Positions 53,519 to 64,000 of a DNA stretch of 64,000 nucleotides are shown one piece after another (positions within the stretch are counted from its first letter, which is position 1; each line of letters begins with the position of its first letter). Below the pieces are notes generated by a model that was not told the origin of the DNA, searched no databases, and was given only the letters and a program-made list of their open reading frames with translations. The DNA is taken from positions 4,030,001-4,094,000 of the forward strand of contig CM035357.1 in the NCBI GenBank assembly GCA_020137815.1, written 5' to 3'. Made by a program: the position numbers and the translations under genes. This DNA is from Hormiphora californensis. Lineage: Eukaryota > Animalia > Ctenophora.

Positions 53519-56500
53519 GTTGAACGGACGTTCTCTACTCCGATAGAACATGCCGCCTGGTCACCCACTGCCGACCTTCTAGCTCTCTCCTACAGTTCCC
53601 AAGAGGTCGATGTGATAAGGACGTGTATGACATGGCAGGTATAACCAGCTGAGAAAAGTGAGATTGTTAGTAACAATCTCACTTTGTATAAGTAACAATT
53701 TGTTACTTATACAAAAGAGAGACAAGTGAGATTGTTACTTAACCCATTAGTGACCTGTGACGCGTTATCGCAACCCAGGTTTGGAGGCGTATTACGGCTA
53801 GATATGAGCATTTGAAATGCTGTAACCACCACACATCACTAGAGAATCGTTCGAGCTAAAATTTTAGTCATTAAAAAGTTTTCTAAATTGACCCTAATTT
53901 CCGTAATTATCAATCAAAAAGTACAGTCGGACCCCGATTTACCGGGCCCCGATTTACCGGAACCCCGATTTACCGGGAGGATAAATTTCCCCCGATATAG
54001 GAAATTAATGGGATTTGACCCCGATATACCGGGCACCCCGATTTACCGGGCAAAATCCTTTCCCCCGAGCATCCCGGTAAATCGGGGTCCGACTGTACCA
54101 ATTTCTGGCATTCGGACTAATGCACATAAATGTGCATTTATGTAACATATCTCGACTAGTTACCGATATGACACATAGCTGATCAGTTAGAGAAATGTTC
54201 AGAGATGTTTCTGTAAAAAAACTAGATCTCAAACGGATTTCCTGTTGGCCCTGTAGAGCCTCAAACAAGTGGGTTGCGGAAACGCTACACTGGCACGGGG
54301 CATATATTGGAGGTTTTCAAAGCATGTTAAGGGGCAATTTAAAATAAATAAAAAATTATAGGGCTATTTTTGGTGCCTTTTTATATTTTTTAAAATCGAT
54401 TAAAGCAAAAAAATCAACTCAAAAAATTTATCGTTGCGTTTTCGCAACACACTTTTTGGCTGTTTCTGCCGGTTTCTGAGTCATTTAGTGGGATATTTAG
54501 CAAAATTATACATCAGTATGCTTATAAACATAACATTTTACAACTGTGGTTGGTTGAAAGTGTGTATATGAACCGTTTCCAATCGTTGCGTTTTCGCAAC
54601 ATCTATAAAGTAAACAATTTAGTACTGTAAATGACTCTGGGCCATTTTATCTTGTTATTAACGATTCTAGTGTTTGATATGTCTAACCTATGACCTCGTG
54701 GGACATCTGGGACGAGCTAGAGGCACCCGGCACGACTTAGGGAGCACCCAGAACGGCAAAGAGAGCACCCAGGAGGTCCCAGTGATCGTCTGGGACAACT
54801 CAGAGACCACCAGCAACAACTTAGGGAACGCCTGAAACAATCCAGGGGAGCGTGGGAGGACTCCTCGAGCAAAGTGGACGACTCAGGGAGCACCTGGGAT
54901 GTCCCAGGACGAATCAAGGAGCATCCAAAACGGCAAATGGAGCACCCAGGAGGTCCCAGTGATCGTCTGGGACGACTCAGAGACCACCAGCAACAACTCA
55001 GGGAACGCCTGAAACAACCCAGGGGAGCGTGGGAGGACTCCTCGAGCAAAGTGGACGACTCAGGGAGCACCTGGGATGTCCCAGGACGAATCAAGGAGCA
55101 TCCAAAACGGCAAATGGAGCACCCAGGAGGTCCCAGTGATCGTCTGGGACGACTCAGAGACCACCAGCAACAACTCAGGGAACGCCTGAAACAACCCAGG
55201 GGAGCGTGGGAGGACTCCTCGAGCAAAGTGGACGACTCAGGGAGCACCTGGGATGACCCAGGACGAATCAAGGAGCATCCAAAACGGCAAATGGAGCACC
55301 CAGGAGGTCCCAGTGATCGTCTGGGACAACTCAGAGACCACCAGCAACAACTTAGGGAACGCCTGAAACAACCCAGGGGAGCGTGGGAGGACTCCTCGAG
55401 CAAAGTGGACGACTCAGGGAGCACCTGGGATGTCCCAGGACAAATCAAGAAGCATCCAAAACGACAAATGGAGCACCCAGGAGGTCCCAGTGATCGTCTG
55501 GGACGACTCAGAGAGCACCAGCAACAACTCAGGGAGCCCCTGAAACAACCCAGGGGAGCGTAGGAGGACTCACCGAGTACACTGAACGACTCAGGGAGTA
55601 CCTGGGAGGTCTCAGGACGACTCAAGGGGCATACAGGACGCCTAAAAGAGCGTTTGAGAGGTCCCCGAAAGCGCCTTGGGCGACTCAGGGAGCACCTTGG
55701 AGGTCCCAGTACGTTTCATGGAGTATATAGGACTTTTTAGGGAGTATCTAGAGCGTCTCAGCGAGCTCTCAGGAGTCTCCGGGAAGCACCTGGGACAAAT
55801 CAGAGGACGCCCCAGTGAGTGATTATGGCCTGGGAGTCACAGAATGGCTAAGGATATGCCCACTGGGCTTGAAAGTGGCTATACCCCCACACTAAACACT
55901 ATATTTTCATGAATTCTCGGTCAAATTTACAAATATTCAACCTTATTTTCTAATCCAACATGATCTCCCACCTTCCAATATCGATATGATTCACCCAATG
56001 TCGGTTCAAATCAAGTTTAGTGATAATTTAACTGCTATTTCATAATGAAATTATATTGGTGTGAGGGTGGCACTATTTGCTGACATTTTTGCATGTTGCG
56101 GAAACGCAACCTTTCTGATTTCCTTCAAATTCCCCATAGATACCGTAGTAAGACCTTTACGGTGTTGCTCAGTAGTATAGAAATCAAAAAACTGTACGAG
56201 ATGGCCAGATTTGCTGTCGAATGAGGTGTTGCGAAAACGCAACGAAACTCTAAGCTGCCCCAAGCTTAAATCTGACTATCACAAACTATTTCTACTATTA
56301 CTAGACTGCCATTAATAACTTAGTTTGAAAAAAATTATTGAATGTTTAGCTGTTAACAGGCTCCGAATGTTGTTGCGAAAACGCAACGAAATTTAAACTT
56401 GCCCGGAGACAAAAACTAAATATCACAAATTATTTTCATAATAGATTGAAGTCTGTTAAGTGAAACTTTAAAATGATTGCATCATAATTTTAGCTGTAAA

Positions 56501-58885
56501 ATGACTTTGAAAAGTGTTGCGAAAATGGGACGTGCCAGTGATGCGTTTTCGCAACAGGTTGTTTTAAGCACTTCCCGATAAGATAGAGACTTCCGCTTTT
56601 CAACTTACCATATTGGTGCTGCTAGGGCACTATTCCCAAAAAATTGGAAAATTTCTTCAAAAATTTCGATATCTGGGCACTAATGGGTTAAATACTATAC
56701 TAAAGAGAGACAAGTGAGATTGTTACTTTTACTAAAGAGAGACAAGTGAGATTGTTACTTATACTAAAGAGAGATAAAAAGAGAGATAGTTACTTGTAAC
56801 AAAGGGGAGGCATTCAGCAAAGGGTGGGGTTGTTTCACTAGCTAACTAAGTAGTTAAGTAGTATTGTCCTTTTGAAAAAATGGTGATTGAATTTTGCATT
56901 TTATTCTGAGTTTCTCTCCAGAGTGCAAGGTTTAAGAGGATAACGTCATTAAAATTTAACTAAGAAACTGCTAGAATAGTTATACATGTTGAAATATGAG
57001 GCTTCACCAAGTTAGCGGTTATATCATGACCACGTACAGTATTTTTGTTCTTCAAATCACTCTTAATCCACACATATCTCTTCAAAATCAAATAAAACAT
57101 TGATATCTTCCTCAGATCGTCTGGAAGTTGAAAGACGAGGGTGAAGGTGAGGTGAGGGGTCTAGTTTGGAGGCCAGATGGTAAGGTCCTTGCGGTTCGGC
57201 ACCCTGACATAGTAAACCTCTATAAAGTTGAGGGAGGGACCCTCATCCACTCGTCATCTACCCGAGACACTATCAGTGCGTGGTGTGGTGTGCCCTTGAC
57301 TACCCCCGATCGGGAATATCTCCTTCCACCCGTGCCCAAGTTACCACCGATAGAGGACGTTAAAACGGATATAATGGCAACCCGGGACCTCCTTCAGGGA
57401 CAACCTGACCTCAATATCATGGCAATGACGGATGAGGCTGGGGTGAAGTTGGTGAGTCAGGGGATCCTGCAAATTGGCAGTGTTCCAACTCCTGCCCCAG
57501 CCACAGTTGGACTAACACCCGACGGAGGGTATTTGTGTGCTGTTTCAGCCACTAATCCTGTCACGTGTCGAGTTTACGATTGTTCTCAGTTAGCGGAAAA
57601 TCTCCAAAACATCAATGATATAACGAAGATTTATAGCAATGTGCTAACTCTCTCTGAGTACATGTTGTCTACATTCAAGGCCATGTCAGACTGTTGGGAT
57701 ACGGTCCTCTCGGAGTTCAATAAGAAGCTGTTTGCCTTCCACATGTCCCTTCATCCGGGCACCCTATCCAAACAATTCCTTCACCTGTTCGTCACTGGAA
57801 CTGCCAGCATGGAGCTGGAGAATTTCCTGGTCCACACCCTGAAAGAGAAGGAGATATCTAAACTCCTCTCCTCCACTCTCCAATCGTATCAAGGCATTGA
57901 GAAGTTGATCACAAGGCAGCTCATGTCGTGCTGTTATGCCCTATCCACCCACCTCCAGACCCTACTTGGTATGTCTCGGTGGTATGATAGGTATGGGGCG
58001 GTGGGGTTATCCGAGTGTGCCGTCCAACACTCCATCAACAAACTTAGCGGACTAATGATCAAATCACAGGAGCTATTACAGAGTATATCACGATCCAAAA
58101 TGAGGCTAAGCGCCTTCCTGAAGTGGCTCCTAAAGGCCACAATTTCGTTGAGTGATGAAAACCCCACCGTTGTGAAACTGACCGAAGAAGAGCTCAAGTT
58201 GGTGGTTGACTTTCTCAAAACGGAGAGTCTCTTCGCTACCCGGGCAGACACGTGCCACTTTAATATTGATACCGTGTGGCAGTATTTTGGGGAGGATAAC
58301 ATCATAACTCCTCCTGATTTCCATAACAACAAACTCCTGGACACCGTGCTAACCCTGCTGAAGGACAAGAAACCATATCTTACAGTCCAACCTAACCTGT
58401 CCCTCCTTCAATCTCACAAACTCTTCTCTGATTCATTGTTACAATGTTTCGAACTGTCCCTCCCAGAGATCACAACTCCCCTTCACACCCTGACCATTGG
58501 TTCTCTCTACACCCTGGCAACGGATTGTTCGAATATCCGGTACGTTGATAGCAGTAACACAGTCCGGGCGTTATCTCTCCCCGATGGCACCCACCAGAGA
58601 CCTAACAGGAGGCTCAATGTGACCGACACCATCACCCAACTTCACGGATACGATGCTGATTATGTAGTGGAGACGGAGGACAGTGAGGGTAGGAAGGCGG
58701 TTTGTATTTGTATGGAGGGTGAGGTGGTTAGAAGTGAGTTACCGGGGGATGTTGGGTTGGTGGTTATTTCTGAGAGTAGGAGGTTAGGGGCCGTTGTGTC
58801 AGCTTTGGGGAGGAGAATTCAGATTTTAGATTTGGAGGAAAATGAAGATGATGATGATGAGGACGAGGAAGGAGAAGAAATATGA
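53510..58885 (+). CDS. ANAPC4: Anaphase-promoting complex subunit 4
   Basis: Exon 53510-53638 (MLQVERTF...AAWSPTADLLAL...WQ) spliced in phase 0 to exon 57116-58885 (IVWKL...LVWRPDGKVLA...helical APC4 region, acidic tail). About 632 aa. Confidence 0.88.
53924..54095. mobile_element. Tc1/mariner-type MITE (CAGTCGGACCC family)
   Basis: Perfect TIR ends with TA TSD. Confidence 0.85.
54717..55700. repeat. 177-bp tandem repeat (~5 copies) built of ~22-bp subunits
   Basis: aaagtggacg recurs at 54871 and 55048 and onward. Subunit resembles gactcagggagcacccaggagg. Confidence 0.9.
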
Positions 58886-59030
58886 TTTTGAGATATAATT
58901 GTATGTAATTTGTTTTTTATTTGACCCCCTATCACCATGATGTAAAGATGTCTTTTTATTCAACACACTTTTTGTTCATTATCTCCCTGCGCCATGATGC
59001 TCTGACACTTTCCTCATCTTTAGGTAGGGT

Positions 59031-60221
59031 ATGGTGAAGAACCAACTTCGGAGATTCTGGGGATGCCTAATAACTGGGGTGATGTTCCTGCTCCGTCCCT
59101 TCATCAATTGTCGGCGCTCTAACCTCCGATCTGTTTATGGTGCTAGATTTCTCGCCACCACTGAGCCTTCAGAGCTAGTGGTGAGAGGGCGAGTTAGGTT
59201 GGAATCAAGCTCACCTAATGAACTGACCCTAGACAGTGCTAGTATTCGGCCTGTGATAACTAGTTCGGCCAGGCTCCAGTCCTATTCCGAACCCAGACCT
59301 GGTGCTCCAGAATCTGGAGCGGAGGCCGAGGTAGATGGAGTCTTGGAGGAGTGCAGCGAGGAACTGCTTCAGGAGTTGCGGACTAAACAGGAACAACTTC
59401 GCAAGCAAGTTATTTTTGGGCGGGATTTGGAATCCACATTTTCCACCGTCGGTGGTTTTGATATTTCCTTCGGAGAGGGGCGGAATGCAGCCGCAGCATT
59501 GGTCGTCATCAAATATCCATCCAATGAGGTCTGTTATGAGTCATTTATCAACGTCACACTAGAAATGCCTTATGTTTCGGGTTTCCTTGGGTTCCGAGAG
59601 ATTCCCGCCCTTGAACGCCTCTTGGACAAGATGAAAAAGGAAGTCCAATGGCAGCCGGATGTTATAATGGTTGATGGAAATGGAAGGTTGCATCAGAAAC
59701 AGTTTGGATTGGCTTGTCACGCTGGTGTGGTGACTGGGATTCGCTGTTTTGGAGTGGCCAAGGACCTCATCCAATTCGAGACCATCTCCCGTGACAACAT
59801 CCAAGATGAATTGAAAGCACTGAAATCGTCCGGTGACTGGTTTCCGTTAAAACTGAACGACGTGGTGTTGGGGTGTGCGGTTAAAACCGGGCAGAATGCC
59901 AAGAATCCTATCTACGTTTCGGAGGGTCATGGTGTTACCCTGGATACCGCAAGGCAGATAGTCATGGCAACCGCTCAGGAGTTCCGGGTACCACAACCAA
60001 CGAGACTTGCAGATCAGTTATCAAGGAAGAAAATCAGGGAAGATAAGGAGAAAAGAAATGGACAGCGTAATGGAACCGCTAGTCGAGACCAGAAGCGCAA
60101 TGGGACCCCTAATAAAAGCCAACAGCGCAATGGACATCAGAGTAACGGTAGTACATCTAATGGTAAATCTAATGGAGGAGGGAAACAAAAAGGACGCGGT
60201 AGAGGGTCTCACAGAGGCTAA
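59031..60221 (+). CDS. ENDOV: Endonuclease V (inosine-specific), with N- and C-terminal extensions
   Basis: GGFDISF, PYVSGFLGFRE, MVDGNGRLH..FGLACH, GVAK, PIYVS.GH, RVPQPTRLAD. Single exon. Confidence 0.93.
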   Translation: MVKNQLRRFWGCLITGVMFLLRPFINCRRSNLRSVYGARFLATTEPSELVVRGRVRLESSSPNELTLDSASIRPVITSSARLQSYSEPRPGAPESGAEAEVDGVLEECSEELLQELRTKQEQLRKQVIFGRDLESTFSTVGGFDISFGEGRNAAAALVVIKYPSNEVCYESFINVTLEMPYVSGFLGFREIPALERLLDKMKKEVQWQPDVIMVDGNGRLHQKQFGLACHAGVVTGIRCFGVAKDLIQFETISRDNIQDELKALKSSGDWFPLKLNDVVLGCAVKTGQNAKNPIYVSEGHGVTLDTARQIVMATAQEFRVPQPTRLADQLSRKKIREDKEKRNGQRNGTASRDQKRNGTPNKSQQRNGHQSNGSTSNGKSNGGGKQKGRGRGSHRG

Positions 60222-60377
60222 TGTTTCAGCACCGGTTTATAAAATTCAAAATATATGTAATATTATGCAAAACATTCGCCTTCAGATATACAATAGTGTT
60301 TTCACCTACTAGGTTTAATTTTGAATCAGTTTGTAACGAGTTTTTATTTGTTTTAAAGTGTGAGTGACAGTACATGT

Positions 60378-62202
60378 CACCCCGTGCCTGAACAAAGTTT
60401 AACCTCGGATGAAAAATGTACACTAAGCGGACTTCACTAGGGTCTTCAGATAGGTATTTGGAGTGGAAAAATGTAAAAAAACACCCCAATTTTATGAAAA
60501 GTTTTTTCTCTACATGGATTTTAAAATGGGTCGTTTTGACTGTAAAAACGGCTTAAAAACCATGCTGTGTGCAGATTTATTGTCCTCTTCCGGTAAAATG
60601 GTTGTACCTGACCTGGTTTTGAATGTAGAATCGATTGCCGGTGAAGAGAAATCTCTAAAACGACTAAAAAATGGTCAACATTTGATTTTTTGCCGTTTTT
60701 TGAGGGTTTTTCGCCCCTAATCCCATCATGACATCAAGATAGAAAATTTTCGCTAGTGCCAAACGTTAAAATGGACATTTTTCTACCGGATCCCAAAGTT
60801 TCAGATAAATCGAACGAAAGGCAAATTTGGCAAATTATTGAAAGTGGCTAGATGAGAGAAAGTGAACTTGAACTTAATTTTTTCACAATTTTGGCCTTTT
60901 TGACCAACTTCTGATTGAAATGGCCAATCAGGACCATGCTCACGCTAAAGAAGGGATAATTTCCTACTAAAATGCAAATTTTCATGCCGATGCGACATCA
61001 GGTCATGGATTTATAGTAAATTTAAGCGAGCTAACTAGGCTATTTCTACTGTCAGAAAAGGTCAATTTTTCTAATTTTCGGGTCAATTAGCAATAAAAAA
61101 GGGTACCCGACCTATTTTTCACCGAAGAATTGATTTCCGATGGAGTTGGACCTCTAGATCGCCAGGAAAATTGAAGAAAACGAATATTTCAGTTTTTTTT
61201 GGGAAATAGCCAGAAAATCAGTAAAAAAACAAAAAATTGACATAAACCTATTTTCCCGGAGATTAAGAGCTTCAATTCCATTTTAAATCGATTTTACGTG
61301 AAAAAATTGGGCTGGGAACCCTTTTTATTGCCGATTGATACTAAAATAGGAAAAATTACCATGTTCTGGCTATTTCCCCAAAAAAACTGAAATATTCGTT
61401 TTCTTCAATTTTCCTGGCGATCTAGAGGTCCAACTCCATCGGAAATCAATTCTTCGGTGAAAAATAGGTCGGGTACCCTTTTTTATTGCTAATTGACCCG
61501 AAAATTAGAAAAATTGACCTTTTCTGACAGTAGAAATAGCCTAGTTAGCTCGCTTAAATTTACTATAAATCCATGACCTGATGTCGCATCGGCATGAAAA
61601 TTTGCATTTTAGTAGGAAATTATCCCTTCTTTAGCGTGAGCATGGTCCTGATTGGCCATTTCAATCAGAAGTTGGTCAAAAAGGCCAAAATTGTGAAAAA
61701 ATTAAGTTCAAGTTCACTTTCTCTCATCTAGCCACTTTCAATAATTTGCCAAATGTTACCCTTTCGTTCGATTTATCTGAAACTTTGGGATCCGGTAGAA
61801 AAATGTCCATTTTAACGTTTGGCACTAGCGAAAATTTTCTATCTTGATGTCATGATGGGATTAGGGGCGAAAAACCCTCAAAAAACGGCAAAAAATCAAA
61901 TTTTGACCATTTTCAGTCGTTTTAGAGATTTCTCTTCACCGGCAATCGATTCTACATTCAAAACCAGGTCAGGTACAACCATTTTACCGGAAGAGGACAA
62001 TAAATCTGCACACAGCATGGTTTTTAAGCCGTTTTTACAGTCAAAACGACCCATTTTAAAATCCATGTAGAGAAAAAACTTTTCATAAAATTGGGGTGTT
62101 TTTTTACATTTTTCCACTCCAAATACCTATCTGAAGACCCTAGTGAAGTCCGCTTAGTGTACATTTTTCATCCGAGGTTAAACTTTGTTCAGGCACGGGG
62201 TG
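60378..62202. mobile_element. 1.8-kb foldback element, Chapaev/CMC-like by its ends
   Basis: ~835-bp near-identical inverted arms, CAC...GTG termini, 4-bp TSD atgt. Confidence 0.8.
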
Positions 62203-62389
62203 ATGTGTGTAACATATTGCTCCAGAAGGATGAATTATATTTTGATAAGTTTATATTATGAATCTGCAAACTAAACCTTTCCCCTTTCCTGTCCTTTTTG
62301 TTTTACTTTTACGATTATCACCCCCCCCCCCCGCCCCGATTCACGTCAACCACTTCTGCTAACACCTCTATCTTTTCAAGCTAGTTTGT

Positions 62390-63817
62390 ATGTCAATCCA
62401 ATGGGGCAGCACAGTTCCTTGTACCCTTTACATTGATGGATCTAAACGATGCGAAATGCACCTACCACCCTCTCTCACCCTCTCCTCCCTATGCTCCGAA
62501 ATCTCAGCACAATTCTCCCTCCAACCCCAGCAAATCCGCCTGGAATACTGTGTTTATGGTGCGAGGACATTCCGAGAAACAATCTCTAGCGAGGAACAGT
62601 TTTCAGTTATCCTACACGGGTGTGCAAACAGTAAGACAATGCTCCAGCTAAACGCTGTAACAAGAAACGATAGTGATGTCGGTCAGCTGGTCAGAGAGTA
62701 CCTAGACAGAGAAGGTCCAGGAATACTAAGAGATCTCTTACATCAGAATAAGATTTGCTGTTGTCACAAGACAGGTAACGGAGCTGTAACTGACGCAATA
62801 CCAACGTCATCAGATCAAGCTATGACGTCATCAGATCAAGCTATGACGTCATCAGATCAAGCTATGACGTCACAACACACAGTGACGTCATCCATTTCTT
62901 CCTCAAACCAGCACCAGCCCGTTCAACGACGCCGAACTCTCCCCGACCAAGGGGAGGGAGAAGAGTTTGATAGGAAGCGACAAAGAGTGGTAATCGGAGA
63001 ACGAGATACGTTCCTACTGGCCTGTGTGGAAAGTACCCATCATGTTACCCCGGGACAGCAAATGACTGCTACTTGGAACCTTCAGGTCCGTGATACGACC
63101 TCCAAGTGGACAGTTGAGGAGGAAGGAGAGAGCTCACTGTTGAGGGTTGGGGAGGTCCAATGGTCTGGTGGCGAGGGTACAATACGGACTTTTAGTACAG
63201 TGTTCCTGGCTCCAAATGTGCCGGGAACCCACGAGAGCAGGTGGTCATTAGTCAGGGATGGGAGGGTAATGAGCACTTTCGTGTTTTGTAAGGCAATAGT
63301 CGGACAATTTGGTAGTAAGCCTGAGGTAAACCGTGTTGCCACTCACGGTAACATCCCTTCCGATGTTTCAACTCCAAAACTGCTGAACAATAACAAAGTT
63401 TTTTGTATTTCTAAAAATAGCTCAGATTCCCCGGCTAATAATAGCTCTTTTGTGAACCCACATAATTTACCTGCCTCAGTCAACACATCTGAACACTCCG
63501 CAAATGATATCCCACAACCATCCTCCGGAAACAATTCACATTCCTCCGCAAACATTTCACATTCCTCCGCAAACAACCAACATTCCTCGGCAAACAACCA
63601 ACATTCCTCCGCAAACAACCCACATTCCTCCGCAAACAACCAACATTCCTCCGCAAACATCTCAGCGAATATTTCGTTTGTAAACGTTGAACCTGCTGAT
63701 GTTGCAGATGATAATTCTAACTTGTATGAAGCGGGATACTTCCTCGAAAACGCAGATCCTCCCTTACAACAACACCAGATGGAAGAGGAAGGGGAAATAA
63801 AAATGTTGAATATTTAG
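62390..63817 (+). CDS. NBR1-like protein (PB1-like N-terminus, degenerate NBR1 FW domain, low-complexity tail)
   Basis: 475-aa ORF. VTPGQQMTATWNL...W...FLAPNVPGTHESRWSL...FVFCKAIV resembles the NBR1/ILRUN FW domain. 21-bp coding repeats (TSSDQAM, HSSANNQ). No clear ZZ or UBA domain. Confidence 0.6.
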   Translation: MSIQWGSTVPCTLYIDGSKRCEMHLPPSLTLSSLCSEISAQFSLQPQQIRLEYCVYGARTFRETISSEEQFSVILHGCANSKTMLQLNAVTRNDSDVGQLVREYLDREGPGILRDLLHQNKICCCHKTGNGAVTDAIPTSSDQAMTSSDQAMTSSDQAMTSQHTVTSSISSSNQHQPVQRRRTLPDQGEGEEFDRKRQRVVIGERDTFLLACVESTHHVTPGQQMTATWNLQVRDTTSKWTVEEEGESSLLRVGEVQWSGGEGTIRTFSTVFLAPNVPGTHESRWSLVRDGRVMSTFVFCKAIVGQFGSKPEVNRVATHGNIPSDVSTPKLLNNNKVFCISKNSSDSPANNSSFVNPHNLPASVNTSEHSANDIPQPSSGNNSHSSANISHSSANNQHSSANNQHSSANNPHSSANNQHSSANISANISFVNVEPADVADDNSNLYEAGYFLENADPPLQQHQMEEEGEIKMLNI

Positions 63818-64000
63818 TTTTTTATCGAAACAGTTCAGAATAATTTATCTTGGCAGTTCAGAATATTATATTTGTTATTTATAGTACTATCGTACATGCT
63901 GCACTAAGTTTTTTAACTCTCAGTTCAACATATATTAGGCTGTCCAAGAAATAATGTCGCGGGCCGATTTCTCCAACTTAACTCAACAATTTCGGTATAC

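Larger units (their letters stand above)
53743..56687. mobile_element. Non-autonomous piggyBac-like element in the ANAPC4 intron
   Basis: TTAA|cccattagtg ... cactaatggg|TTAA. Contains a Tc1 MITE, a 177-bp array and repeated gttgcgttttcgcaac motifs. Confidence 0.8.

Noticed and set aside
54717-55625. 302-aa and 229-aa repeat ORFs on opposite strands
   Set aside because: Open only because the 177-bp unit is a multiple of 3; they lie inside an intronic transposon.
60463-62117. Mirrored short ORFs
   Set aside because: They arise from the two arms of a non-coding foldback element.

Overview
Eukaryotic, repeat-rich, intron-containing DNA. The innexin motifs (DDWWDQMN, EDYCWTQGLYT, HLWYQW, FPK..ACEIKRWG) suggest a ctenophore; this is an inference. 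Left part: a 5-exon minus-strand gene for an unknown low-complexity protein (4258-17370). Its 9.4-kb intron holds a complete 9-exon innexin gene on the opposite strand and an inverted Penelope-like retroelement fragment with two minimal hammerhead ribozymes. Middle part (about 17.4-40.6 kb): no convincing genes; (GA)n tracts, nested non-autonomous DNA transposons (Helitron, Helentron/HINE, Tc1-like, hAT, Harbinger-like MITEs), truncated LINEs, and several stretches of apparently error-rich assembly. Right part: five co-directional genes (AtuA/DUF1446-like, NAA10, ANAPC4, ENDOV, NBR1-like). Each has an AG acceptor a few nt before its ATG, and the spacers are only about 145-345 bp once inserted repeats are removed, consistent with a trans-spliced operon. 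The most unusual pattern is tandem amplification of splice-site sequences themselves. The extreme case is a ~2.65-kb array of about 79 copies of the ANAPC4 acceptor plus start codon, where each copy forms a mini-uORF. All gene models were built by hand from GT/AG sites and reading-frame continuity.
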